DNA of 22,216 bases, taken from the NCBI GenBank assembly GCA_008632985.1, contig QPGO01000195.1:124001-146216 (forward strand), read 5' to 3'. The position numbers and the translations under genes were made by a program. Under the pieces are notes generated by a model. It ran no database searches. It worked only from the letters and a program-made list of their open reading frames with translations, and had not been told where the DNA came from. Positions 1-12,030 of this stretch are shown here, piece after piece (position 1 is the first letter of the stretch; each line of letters begins with the position of its first letter). Source of the stretch: Psammoneis japonica (Eukaryota).

Positions 1-828
1 GAAAGTTGCGGGATTTTGGTTCTTGCGAGTTTGTCTCATGCTCAGCAGCCAAAACCTGCTTTTTTTGAATTGCCAGACGGTTGCAGCTGAGCACAGACAA
101 GTTGCCGTTTCTGCAGTTTAAAGGGTGGGATTTCAAAACTGGTGCGTTCCATTTAAATTTTTTGGAACACATCCCATTTTTCGTCTTTGGTCTGTGCAAT
201 TGTTTTGAGCTGTGTCCCTTTTTTTGTTCCTGGAGAATCGCGCACATTGCTGAATGTTGTTCACACAGACATGTGCAGAAATTCATGCGTGAGAACATGG
301 ACATCATTGCCCCTTGCTGGTCTGTTGGCTCTACATTGCAACAACATGTGCACCCTGAGCAATGACATGCCACACTGCGACGTGCAATCTACGTTGACAC
401 CCTGCATGTGCTTGCCATGTGTGCATTTCAGTGCTGTGTCTGCGGCAACAGCCTGCGCTTGCTCTCTTCGCTGAACATGAAATGTCAACCACCCAGCAGC
501 ACACAATCAACGCCGACTGCAGCAGCATCTCTCTCTGTCAACACCGGCCCCATCCTTTGTTTCCATTGGCAATGTCTCCATCTCCATCAAATTTGGCACC
601 AATTGCAAGCACAATGCACTTTGCTGCCTTTGTGCAAGTGCAGCCATGTCTGTGTTGTTGATCAGCCAAATCCTGCTGCAAAATTGTCACTCTTGTTTTT
701 GACAGAAACAGGCACAAGTGCTCACTTGAATTTTGGAATTTCCTGTTCAACAGGAATCCTGCAGCCATTGAAGAAGCAGAGTCACCCGCGCATGCACGAA
801 ACACACAAATTTGTTCTGTCCCAGACAC

Positions 829-1316
829 AAGTCTCTGCCCGCACAACGTGGCACAAACCCGCTCTGTTTGTTGTCGTGCATCGTTGCAACTGCCTTGAAG
901 GTTGTGGCTGCCCTTCCTCAACTGGTGCTCAGGCTGTGCATCCTTCTTGGAGTGCAATCATTGTGATTGACAGGAGAGCTGGGTGCTGTGTCTGTTGGCA
1001 ACCCATCCAGAGAAATTGTTCTCCGTCGCGGATGCAAGTTGCTGCCTTGCAAGTTCCATCCCGGATGCAAGTCTCTGTCCACACGACGCGGCACAACACT
1101 GCTCTGATTGTTGTTGTGCATTGTTCACAACTGCCTTGAAGGTTGTGGCTGCCCTTCCTTTGCTGGTGCTCAGGCTGTGCATCCTTCTTGGAGTTCAATC
1201 ATTGTGATTGACAGGAGAGCTGGGCACTGTGTCATTGTGATTGACAGGAGAGCTGGGCACTGTGTCTGTTGGTGACCTGTCCAGAGACATTGTTCTCCGT
1301 CACGGATGCAAGTTGC
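829..1316 (+). repeat. Tandem duplication (about 829-1042 and 1069-1316); copy 2 has an internal ~33-bp duplication
   Basis: Both copies read AAGTCTCTG...CTGCCTTGAAGGTTGTGGCTGCCCTTCCT...GGATGCAAGTTGC; TCATTGTGATTGACAGGAGAGCTGGGCACTGTG occurs twice at ~1199-1265. Confidence 0.9.
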
Positions 1317-1520
1317 AGTGTGTGTGCAGGCAGCTTGGACTGCTTCATCATCAATCATGTCGGAGGGGAACAAGTCTGTCATGAACATGCAGCAACTGTT
1401 GACCACTGTTGAACAAGTTGCTGCGGGGAGGGAAAATGATGATCCCACCCCTGCTGGAATCAAGCACTTTGTTGAGAGTGACAAGGCACACTTTGCAAGG
1501 AGGGGCACAACCATTCACCC

Positions 1521-2129
1521 TTGGCATTGTTCTGCATTGACTGGGGTGTCAAAAGGTCTCCAGGCTCCAGTGTCTTCTTGTTTGACATCGTGCACCACAG
1601 CAACAAATGTGCAAACAACCTGGAAGACAAAGCGTGGTTTCAAGAGGCCATGACAGATTTCTTTCTTGGCGCTTTCAACGATGACAACTGTTCAGCCATC
1701 CGGCAGCATGTCCAGCACAAACACACACACATGCCAATTGTTTGTGAGCAAAAATCAGCAAAGGAACACGACTGCGACATGTCCAATGGTGTGGTGGCTG
1801 TGCTCCTCTGCCGTTGCTTTCACAACGTTGGAGTTGCGGTTGACTTTGTGCACAAAATCAACCATCCGCGAGAGGATGTCATTGCCAAAAAGTGCAGTGT
1901 GTTTGTCCATTTTTGTTTGGTTTTGCCCAGTCCCTTTGCTTTCATGCAGGCAACAAGTGGGATGCACTGCTTCATTGCCAGGAGAATCTCGTCAAATGCT
2001 GCTCAAAAACAATGGGTTTCCAAGATGAGACGGATGGGCTCCTTGAGGAGGCCCGCTGTGCCGACGCAGAGGCATGGTGAAACTGGAAAGAATTGTCAAA
2101 TCTTGAAAATGACAACTCAAGAGTTTTGA
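1521..2129 (+). pseudogene. Possible decayed coding fragment, function unknown
   Basis: Globular-looking stretch (KAWFQEAMTDFFLGAF...GVVAVLLCRCFHNVGVAVDFV) with no Tyr; no family recognised, and ORF length is uninformative here. Confidence 0.25.
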
Positions 2130-2839
2130 GAATCACAGAACGGGTGCACACCCAGTCGAAGTTGTTTCTGTTGCCGTTTCCCCACGATGAGGATGTTTGC
2201 CAGAACTGCATGAAAAAAACTCCAAACAACAGCGCTGTCTGGAAAAAGGACGATCCTTGATGGTTCAAGGAAACTCTGAAGACCACGAAAGATGCAACAC
2301 ACAGCCAATTCAAAATTGATCTGTTGGAATGGACTGCACAACACAAAACACTCTGCTTTTGTCAGCAAGAGGGAGTTTGCCAAGTTTTGGCGACTGTCGC
2401 TTGGTGAACACATTCACAAAAGTTGTCACAACCATGCAGTCATAAATCAAAGGATCCAAGAGCATGCATGGAAATCAAGGCATTGCAATCTTTGAAGGTC
2501 AGCAGTTGAGTTTTTTTCAAAGAGAACCAATGAAGATGACAAAGGTTGCAAACCACTGGAGTTGGAGCCACATCAAACAGTGGGAGACGATGATGAGTGG
2601 TGTGAACAAATGCCGCATTTTTGCACCCATGTGGAAGAGGGCCCAGTGAGCAAGTCAGCCGGAAAATGCAGCAAGAAGCTTGCAGACGACAACTGCAAAT
2701 GATGCAGGCTTCTCCGCAGTCACTGCCAATGGCGGCACAGTGAATCTGATGCTGACCTGGAAGACACAGCAGCCCATCTCGATTTGGAGAATGACAGCGA
2801 TGTTGCTGGCGTCAACGCCAACAAACCAGAGAGGCCCAG

Positions 2840-4645
2840 GTGGCACTCGGTTGCACCAACTGCAACATGTGTGTGACTGAGAAGATGTTTGCCAAAGAAG
2901 GGACAATGGATGACAGCACTGGAGAACTTCCGCACATGGGAAAATGGTTGTTTAAAGAGGTGATGACGACATGCTTCGACCATGTCACACAGATGCACCC
3001 ATCATCATGCAAGAACAAAATGACACACAAGATGCACAGCCGCATTGTTGAGGTTGGTTCAAAGTGACTGTGATCTCTCAAAAGAGGTTCAAGGTTTGGA
3101 CCTGCAAAAGTTCTTTGTTGCTGAGATGAACCACATCGCTCATTGGCGCAAATCCGCCTGCCATCTGTGCCAGTGCCAAGAACAAAGAGCGACCCTTCAC
3201 GTGCAATGTCAAAACCTTGCCAGGCAAACTCATGCTGCAGTGGATTCTTCAACAAGTGACAAAAATGAAAGAGATTCAACGAATCACATGGACGGGGAGG
3301 AAGAATTTTTGAAAAGGACAGTGGGAAAAGACAACAACAAAGGATTGTTGTGCAAGGTCCCCGAACCCCAAGTCTGTTCGAAAGAGGACATGGATGCATG
3401 TTGCCGTGCCAAAGTGGAGCACAACGGTGCAATCAATTTGTCAAAAGTGCACTGCGTGGAATGGACAGCACCCAAAGATGGGAGTGCAGAAGCACCAAAA
3501 TGTCCCAGGGATTTGCTGGAACATGATGTGCCTCATTTGTTTGGTTGGCACAAAGAACAAGAAAATGGCAGAGCACTGATTGAAGACCATTTTAAAGAAA
3601 GCAATGATGAGGGAACAGCCGACATGGACAAGCTGCGGCATCTGATTAAAAAGGCCAAGGAGAAGACTGACAGGCCACAGAAACTCAACAAGAAGGTGAG
3701 GAAAATTCTGCAATGAAGGGCCAAACAGCAGATCGAAACAGATCAGATTTGGAAAGTGCAAGCCCCATGGAGGGACAAGGCAAAACAGCATTTTGCGGAG
3801 GACTCAGCGGACAGCACAGAAGATGCGGGCAACAAGCGCTCAAAATTCTGTGCATGGACAGTCATGGGTGACGAGCAAAAGTGTTGCTCTGGTTGGCGGG
3901 CTAAGCGCAATTTTGAATGTCACCACCCAGGTGTGTGCAGGGCCATGATGGCATTGAAGCCAGGTGAAACTTGTGAAATGCCCAAAGGATTGGTGTTGTC
4001 GAAGCCAGAGGAAATCTCGCTCCCCACCTTTGGTCCCAAGGTTTGCTTTTTACAAGGCAACAATGACACGTGTGTTTTTTCTTCATCAGCTGGTGCGCTG
4101 CATTGCTTGCAAGACGAGCACATGACTCGTCATGTCAGCCGTCAAATTGAGGCTTCTGCAACATCAGCTGCTCGTGGAGACCAACGGATGTTGTTTGCGG
4201 TGTCTCTGATGCAAGGCCTGTTGCGGAAGGAGCATGCTCCAGTTGATGGTCCCATGAAGTTCTACGAAGGCAGGAAGATAGACTGCACCCCAGAGATGTT
4301 GGCATCACGACGGGAGATTTGTTGTGCAAGAAGCTCACCTTGTGTGGATTGTCAAACAACCACTGCGTGACTGTGTGCAATGGTTGGATTTTTGACTCCA
4401 ATCATTCACATGCCATGTCTGTGACAAATCTTGATTGCTGGAATTGGTGTTTGGGCAACTCGCCGGAAGAAGCAGCCTGTGTGACCAATGGTTTGTCAAA
4501 GAAAATTGTGGCGATGCACCAGTTCGATCTGCCCAAGTTAATCTGCAGAAGATTGAACAAGCGCAAGTTGGTGGAGATCAAATGTCAGTCACAATGCATG
4601 TTGGGCATGATGCGCATTTGTCTGCATTGTGCAGGCAGCAATTGA
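2840..4645 (+). pseudogene. Decayed ORF with a putative C-terminal papain-like cysteine peptidase domain; probable transposon accessory gene
   Basis: Consecutive + fragments 3045-3716, 3756-4370, 4319-4645 broken by stops/frameshifts; QGNNDTCVFSS (~4053-4085) then HCVTVCNGWIFDSN (~4361-4402) give the Q..C/H/D order. Confidence 0.45.
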
Positions 4646-4654
4646 GTTGCTGTT

Positions 4655-7425
4655 TCACTGGGTCACCCGTCTTAGAACCAAATCTTGGCACAGGTCTCTA
4701 CACTTGGAGTCCACGAATCCCCAACAAATTGATCCATCCGGTGTTTTCCTGCAAAAGCCAACCAAAATGGCTTTGGTCTGATTCACTTGCAACCAACATC
4801 TGTTGGACAACTCTTCACTGGTGATGGTGGCAGCAAAATGATCCTTGCAACCAAATGTTTCCTTGTGCTCAAGCTGGACATGAAGCAGACGGTTGGGCTC
4901 CACTGCAGCTCCAGTTTTGCCCTCTTCTAACTGCGCAATGACTGTTGGTTCTTTGTCATCTTTCCCATCAACAAGAGAAAGAAGATGCTGCCATGTCTTG
5001 CACACACGCAGATCTGGCATCACTTTTTCAATCCAAAACTCTGACGACAATGCGTCAGAGTCCAAAGATTTGTTTTTCTTGCCAGCTGAACTCACGCGGT
5101 CCATTGCAGCAGTGACATTGAACCCTCTGTGCATGTTTTGAGCAAAATTTTTGCTGCATGAATGGAGCTCTCTTTTGGTCTGCTTCAGCGCCTTTTTGTC
5201 TTCCCCTTCCCAACACACTCAAACTGGTCCTTTGTCATGCATGTTGTCAGGAAAAGACAACATGCTAAGAACAGTGTGTCATTCATGCCAGATTGGGGCC
5301 AGATCTTTGCCGTCTTTGCCATGGTTTTGTTGCATTGGTGGATCCAGAGCATCCATGTCATTGAGAAATTGTGCGATGCAAAACCTGAGATGCAGCTCCA
5401 AATCATCTGAACTGAATCCTGCCAGTGCATGCGCGCGCATGTTTGAGGCAGAGTTGAGCATTTTAACAACATCCGACACCTGCAATTTGGCAGATGGCAG
5501 TGTGCCTGGAGGGTTTGTCATGGCCATGTGATCCGCAACATGTTCATGCAGTTCTTCAGCATTGCCCCGTCCAGTGGCAATCCATGCATTTTTGGCCACG
5601 CCTTGTCAAATGGCATGGTCCAACTTGCTTGTTTGTTGACAGGCAGAAACACCACAGGTGGGCCATCTGGTGTTTCAAGTGTTGGGTTGGCAAAGAATTT
5701 AAACAAACGTCCAAATGCAATCCAGCTCTTGCATTTGAATCCAGCAAAACTGTTCTTTGTAAAGGGGCGCACATTCAACCAAGGAAGTCACAGTGTTTCA
5801 CAACAGTGTCACATCTGGTTCATCAGTGAGGACTCTACAATCCGCTCCCATCACCTGGGTGAGCAGCAAGCCAAACCCATGGCCTTTGCGGTGTTGCCAA
5901 GTCCATGCATTGGTGCCTCCTGCCGCTGGTCAGGAGGTGTCCCACTGAACCAAATGGGAGGCATTTGATGCACGCAGCATTTCTCAGGATGACATTCACG
6001 ATCAAGCAAAAGCACTTCCAACAATTCTGGATTTTGATTGGGTTCATCTTGCAACACTTTCAACAGATTGCAGTTGTTGGCATTTTCTAAAATGCCAGAA
6101 ACAAGTTGTGTGTTCACACTGCAACAATCACCAAGATGAGCTTCGCCCTCCGCCATGGTCCACTGGCTCTGACAGACATTTGTGTGCGTTTTAATTGCAG
6201 CATTTTGGAGAAATTTGTGCACCCATTTGAAAGGAGGGAGAACCAATTTACCACCAAGTTTGCTGAGTGGAAAGTTGGCAGAAGGGGGGGGGTGTGCAGC
6301 AAAGGATTGGAAGCATCAACAGACCAGTTGGTGCACAATCCAAATGGACATGTCAAGTCTGCAATCGTTTGAAAGCCATTGACAAGGGTTTCTTCAATGC
6401 GTTTGTGACAGTGGATGCAAGATGCAAGATGACACCCAACTTTCTTGATGTTCAACACATGGCCGAACAATGCATGATTGGTTTTCATGCCAAATTTCAT
6501 TCCAGTGATTGCGCGTTTTTCCGGTTGGTCTCCAGATCGCAGCCAGACATCTGCGATGGGCTTCATTGATTTGCCAGCGCTGCCAAAAAACATGGGTGGC
6601 ACCTGCCCAGTTTGAAGAAGGTGAATTTTCCTTTCAACCTCAGACACAACCACATCATGATTTGCACCTTTGGGCCCAAGTGCAACAAGAAAGCAGTTGT
6701 TGAACTCGCCAAGGTCGGCTGCGATCACACTTGAGTCATCAGGGAACAAAGGTCCATGATGTGGTTGGCAAAGAAACCCAATGTGGCAAGCCCAAGAGCC
6801 ATTGACATTGGATGCAATGAGGCTCGCGGCAGGGTTAAAATTGTCAGAAAAGGTTTCAAAGGCTGTGACAAGCAATGGACAATCAGTGTGTTCATCATTG
6901 CTCCAAATTGAAATGGAAGTGTCATAAATTTCCTCAACCCGATGACACTGTCTTGCATGGACAACCGGTTGATTTTCTTGAAACAAACCATTTTTGTCAG
7001 CGGCTTCACACAGATTTTCCAGGCCGGCTCCAAATGCCAAAAAGTTGTGCAACGAGTCAATCACACTGCAATGGGAGTGTGTGTTTTTGCCAGAGCCGAG
7101 TGTTTGCATTGGCACCAAGGGCGCCGTGTGTGTTGCAAACATGTGTGGGTGTGGTGGGCAGAACAAACCAAAAGTGATCCAGACTCTCATTTCTTTCCCC
7201 CACCAGCATGGCGGGTTCCAACCATCTGAACAAGTCCAGCAACATGTGCTGCTGTGGCTCGTGCAGGGACAACATTAACTTGCCCAGCAACAAGTGAACG
7301 TCAGCATCCTCGTCTGAAATTTTTTCTGCAAATTGTGCGTTGTCAAACAAATTCTTGGCAAGCAGGCAACGTTTTTTGCTGCCCAATTGTTGGCAGCAAA
7401 AAAAGGATCGGAACAAGTGTGTCAA
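4655..7425 (-). pseudogene. Decayed DDE transposase, CACTA/EnSpm (tnp2)- or Plavaka-like
   Basis: Collinear minus-strand motifs across frameshifts: FSDNFNP...NGSW, LVALGPKGANHDVV, SGDQPEKR, CIHC, EAPMHGLG, DNMHDKGPV*VCWEG; these match the recalled order D, DxP, (D/E)xMH, GPxxxW. Confidence 0.6.
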
Positions 7426-7455
7426 ATGGAGAGCAACCGATCAGCGATCTTGAAG

Positions 7456-8060
7456 TTGCGGACCCCTGCCTGGGTGTCACTCTGAGGGTGTTCTTGGCAG
7501 CCGTCAGACCAATGTTCCACCTCTTGGAGAGCATCTCTGGCGTGACAGTCAATGCACGACTCAAGGTCAACAGTGCATGCACCCCTTTCCACTTGGCACA
7601 ATCCAGGTGGACGTCCAGATTGTTCCGTTCATGTGGCCGGTCTCCCCCAGTGTCATTGTGAGATGCACTGGCCTGAGCAGCCAAGCAGTGATGCAGAGAA
7701 TCATCGTCATTTGCACCCACAATGACGCTCTCATTGTGATGGGATGTCTGACACGAACAAGCCAAAGCAATGCACCTGGTTGCACTCATCATTGTCACCC
7801 TGATTTTCAAGTCGGGGAAAACAACAGAGTGCGCACTGTTGGGATCAAACTGGCGAGGGGTGTCGTGGACAGTCAGCTCACTTGCTCACAGTTGGCTGGG
7901 GCACAGCAGGGTGCCAGTCATTCTTTCCCTGAAAAACATAGCCTCGTGGGCTGGCAGTGGGCGTGGCTGTCCATTGGCTAGATCAACCCACATGGCAGCA
8001 GCCATGCAAATGGGGACATTCCTCATTGGTGCACACTCTTCGGAGCAAGGATGCACTGCA
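7456..8060 (-). mobile_element. Internally deleted copia pol fragment (protease to pre-integrase)
   Basis: 7456-7796 aligns to ~11017-11358 (LSKRWNIGLTAA); 7797-8045 aligns to ~11554-11805 (HEAMFF...LLCP); about 200 bp missing between them. Confidence 0.9.
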
Positions 8061-8061
8061 G

Positions 8062-8673
8062 CCCGAGACTTCAGGCAGTGTTGAAGAGAATGGGCATGCA
8101 GGCAGCGCATGGTGTGCTGAAACCAGAAGAGGAGAAGGTGGCTGGAAATGATCTCTTTCCACAGGTGAAGTTTCTCAGCCCGTCAGAATTGGCAAGCAAT
8201 GGGAGCATCTCAATGTTTGTCAAGAAACAGATTGCTGGTGGCAACATGGACACTTCAAATTGGTCAGGAACTTGGGAGGAATGGGCAAAAAAGGTGGCAA
8301 AAAGGCAAGTTGACAATCTCAGAAACACGGTGTGTTTGGCTGTTGGGGCGGAGGCAATGGCCCGCAAGTTGGGTGACCAATGTGTGTGACTCGAGAGTTG
8401 CGCGCATCTCACAAGAAGATGACGGTGATGCTTTGTCTGTGCAGGCATTGTCACCAAGGAAGAGGGAAAGGAAAAAGAAAAGAAACTCAAGGCGGCAGTC
8501 AAGAGGAAAAAGCAAGGCAGGAACAAGTCAAGCCATGACAAGAATGAAAAGAAAGACATCCCGATTGTGCTGACATGGGATCCGCCCAGCCCAGACACTG
8601 TCGCCGGCAGCAAATGAAGGAACAAGCAGGCACGCAAGCGGTTCTGTGATCACACCCCTGTTTGCAAAAATTG
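8062..8673 (+). pseudogene. Decayed gene of unknown function, copy A (probable intron 8364-8444)
   Basis: GNDLFPQVKFLSPSEL...WEEWAKKVAKRQVDNLRN, a Lys-rich tract and KRFCDH, with an in-frame TGA; near-identical to 15150-15761. Confidence 0.5.
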
Positions 8674-8920
8674 ACAAACCAAGGATTGTGTGGCAATGCA
8701 ATCACAGATTGGCACATGGCAACAAGGTGGAGGCAGAAATGGCGATGTGGACACAGTGAAAAATGGCACACATGATTCTCAACAAGTTGTTGTGACATTG
8801 GCACAGCAAACTTGCAACCAGAGGTTGGCCTGTCATTGTGCGACAACAATTTTTTGCAACATTTTGACAAATTGTCATCATGCAAATCCACACATTTTTA
8901 ACATTTCGTGCACTCTGATG

Positions 8921-9784
8921 CGTGTGTTGTGCACAGCATCATCACACAGCATTTGTCCAACTCTCCCTCTCATTGCAGGATGGGTTGTCGCCATGTGGCG
9001 CATCTGCACAGTGGACTTGCGAATTTGACCATGCACTCCCTCTGTCAGGCAGGATGGGTTGGTGCCATGTGGCGCATCCGGCCAAGGGAGGAGTGGGTTC
9101 GAAGCCCAGCCGCCCACCCCGGATGGGGTTGGAAAGGGGCAGGCCGAGAAAGAAAAGGAGGCTTGGATTTGAGGCCAATTCGAGCCAGTGACCTCAGGAA
9201 GCACAAAGACTCACAACCACTCAGAACGCTGCACACTGTCCTGGCGAGTGCAGGAGGTTCTCAACAACCCAAGAGGCAAAGAAGTTGCCACTCGGCTGGC
9301 TGTTGAGTCCCTTCTCCGCGCACACATTTGGGCGTGTGTTGTGCACAGCATTGTCACACAAAATTTGTCCAACTCTCCCTCTCGTTGCAGGGTGGGTTGT
9401 CACCATGTGGCGCATCCGCACGGAGGACTCATGAATTTGACCATGCACTCCCCATGTTGGGCAGGATGGGCCAGCGCCATGTGGCGCATCCGGCCAAGGG
9501 AGGAGCGGGCTCGAAGCCCAGCCGCCCACCCCGGATGGGGTTGGAAAGGGGCAGGCTGAGAAAGAAAAGGAGGCTTGGATTTGAGGCCGATTCAAGCCAG
9601 CGACCTCAGGAAGCGCAAAGACTCACAACCACTCCGAACACTGCACACTGTCCTGGCGAGTGCAGGAGGTTCTCAACAACCCAAGAGGCAAAGAAGTTGC
9701 CACTCAGCCAGCTGTTGAGCCCCTTCTCCACACACACATTCAGGCATGTGTTGTGCACAGCATCATCACACAGCATTTGTCCAA
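8921..9784 (+). repeat. ~410-420-bp repeat: two tandem units plus the start of a third; further copies at ~16008-16125 (partial) and ~19549-20002
   Basis: TGTGTTGTGCACAGCAT..TCACACA..ATTTGTCCAACT recurs at ~8923, 9335 and 9746; each unit holds GGG(T/C)TCGAAGCCC and CCACCCCGGATGGGGTTGG. Confidence 0.9.
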
Positions 9785-9786
9785 CT

Positions 9787-10450
9787 GAACATGTCCTTTC
9801 AAGGAAAACAAGCATGTTTTCCTTGAAAAGACATGTTGTTTTCCTTAAAAAGACATGTTTGTTTTCAGGACATGTTGTTTTCATTGAAAAGACATGTTTG
9901 TTTTCCTTGAAACCACATGTTCGTCTTCCTTGAAACAACACGTTTGTTTTCCTTGAAAAGACACATTTTTTTTCCTTGAAACAACATGTTTGTTTTCCTT
10001 GAAAAGACATGTTTGTTTTCCTTGAAACGACATGTTTGTTTTCCTTGAAAAGATGTGTTTGTTTTCCCTGAAAAGACACATTTGTTTTCCTTGAAAACAC
10101 ATGTTTGTTTTCCTTGAAACAACGTGCTTGTTTTCCTTGAAAAGACATGTTTGTTTTCCTTAAAAAGACATGTTTGTTTTCAAGACATGTTTGTTTTCAT
10201 TGAAAAGACATGTTTGTTTTCCTTGAAACCACATGTTTGTTTTCCCTGAAACGACGTGTTTGTTTTCTTTGAAATGACATGTTTGTTTTCCTTGAAATGA
10301 CATGTTTGTTTTCATTGAAAAGACATGTTTGTTTTCCTTGAAAAGACATGTTTGTTTTCCTTGAAACGACATGTTTGTTTTCCTTGAAAAGAAATTTTTT
10401 TCCCCTTGAAACGACATGTTTGTTTTCCTTGAAAAGACATGTTTGTTTTC
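9787..10450 (+). repeat. 23-bp satellite array 1, consensus TTTTCCTTGAAA(A/C)GACATGTTTG
   Basis: Direct 23-bp periodicity. Confidence 0.97.
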
Positions 10451-11429
10451 ACCAATCAAAGAGAGAGAGGGAAGAGATGTCGGGTGTTGAACCTGTCACC
10501 TCCTCTTCTGGGACTCGTCCTCCCATGTCTGACACACTGGTTGCAATCATGCGTCGGATGTCACATGCCCATTTGGCGCTGTGGGACCAAAGTCGTCTGT
10601 GAGCGCCAGTCCAGCGCAGAGTCACACGGACTCTTTTCTTCAACTCACGAATGGATGCCTCGGCCAGGTTCTGCCAGGGGCTGCATGGAGTGGACACCTC
10701 CTGGTGCATCCTGCATTCCTTGCAGATCTCCTTGGTCTGGCCTTCCACCATTTCTGGCACGCCATCTGACACAAGGACCTGCGGTGTGCCAACGTCATGC
10801 ACAAATGACATGACGGCATCTGGGTGGTCCTGTTTCCTCTTCCAAGGATGGAGCCTGTCACACCCTCTTCCGTTGGCAAGTGCGCTTCCTCCCATCTTGC
10901 CATGTGTCGATTTGACCTTTGAAAACATCTGGTTGGAGTAGAGTCGTCCCTTGACAGCAGGGAACTTGAGCCAAGGGGCTTTCTTCCGGACTTTCCGTTC
11001 GGATGGTGTGCAGACATTGCGGACCCCTGCCTGGGTCATCACTCTGATGGTGTTCTCAGCAGCCGTCAGGCCAATGTTCCACCTTTTAGAGAGTGTCTTG
11101 GGCGTGACAGTTGATGCACGACTCAAGGTTGACAGTGCATGCACCCGCTTCCGCTCGGCACAATCCAGGTGGACATCCAGGTCATGCCAGTCGTGTGGCC
11201 CATCTCCCTTGGTGTCGTTGTGGGAGACATTTGCCTGAGCAACCATGCGGCGATGCAATGAATTGTCGTCATCAGTGTCCACAATGACGCTCTCGTCATG
11301 ACAGGACATTTGGTGTGAATGAATGGAAGCAACACACCTGGTCACATTCATTGTCGTCGACCATCCACCCGACTTTGCCGATCCTTGGCGCACACTGGCA
11401 CATGCACGTGCTTCCTCCTTTTGCGCCAT
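10449..11429 (-). pseudogene. pol: Copia integrase region (rve core)
   Basis: LSKRWNIGL, LYSNQMFSKVKS, FVHDVGTPQVLVSDG, PCSPWQNLAEASIRELKK, VTGSTPDIS..LFDW; first catalytic Asp appears as Asn; ends at the satellite junction. Confidence 0.92.
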
Positions 11430-11943
11430 GGCATCAGCAGAAGGCTCTCATCTCGGGGGTGATGTGAGCTCCAGCCGGGGGAGGTTCTCCAGATCCTCAT
11501 TTGTTGGCTCGTGTGAATCAAAGACAGAAGCAACGCCTCTTGTTCACAGTGGCACCCTGATCTTCAAGTCAGGGAAAGCAATGGAGTGCGCGCCAGTCGG
11601 ATCAAACTGGCAAGGGGGTGTCGTGGACAATCAGCCCATTTGCTCGCAGTTGGTTGGGGCACAGAAGGGTGTTGGTCATCTTGTCCCCAAAAAACATGGC
11701 CTCGTGGACTGGCAGCAAGCACGGTTGTCCATCAGTTGGATCAACCCACACCGCAGCAGCCACGCAAACAGGAGTGTTTTCCATTGGCGCGTGCTCTTCG
11801 GAGTGGGGGTGCACCACGACAGTTCTGTCGATGTCAGAGCACATCACAAAATTGGACCCAACAGCACACGTGTCAGTGTGCGAGTCTAAATCAGTGGTGG
11901 CTTCATCATCTGAATTTCCAGCAGATGACAAAGAGACACGCAC
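11430..11943 (-). pseudogene. pol: Copia aspartic protease region, frameshifted near 11610
   Basis: LDSHTDTCAVGSN, HEAMFFGDKMTNTLLCPNQLRANG; continues in another frame as QFDPTGAHSI...LPRLELTS. Confidence 0.88.
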
Positions 11944-12030
11944 ATCCTTTGAGAATCACCCAGACAAACAAACAGTGCCAGCAGGTTTAGCAACATTTGG
12001 TTCTGTGCCTTTCAGTGCTGGCGCAACTGT

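Noticed and set aside
9060..9120. tRNA gene
   Set aside because: Only a T-arm-like motif; no anticodon arm or acceptor stem could be built.
1..9800. Many overlapping Cys/His-rich ORFs as zinc-finger or metal-binding proteins
   Set aside because: Artefact of TpA loss: TAA/TAG vanish and TGY/CAY codons are inflated.
9787..10450. CRISPR array
   Set aside because: Monomers are head-to-tail with no unique spacers, no cas genes, and the context is eukaryotic.
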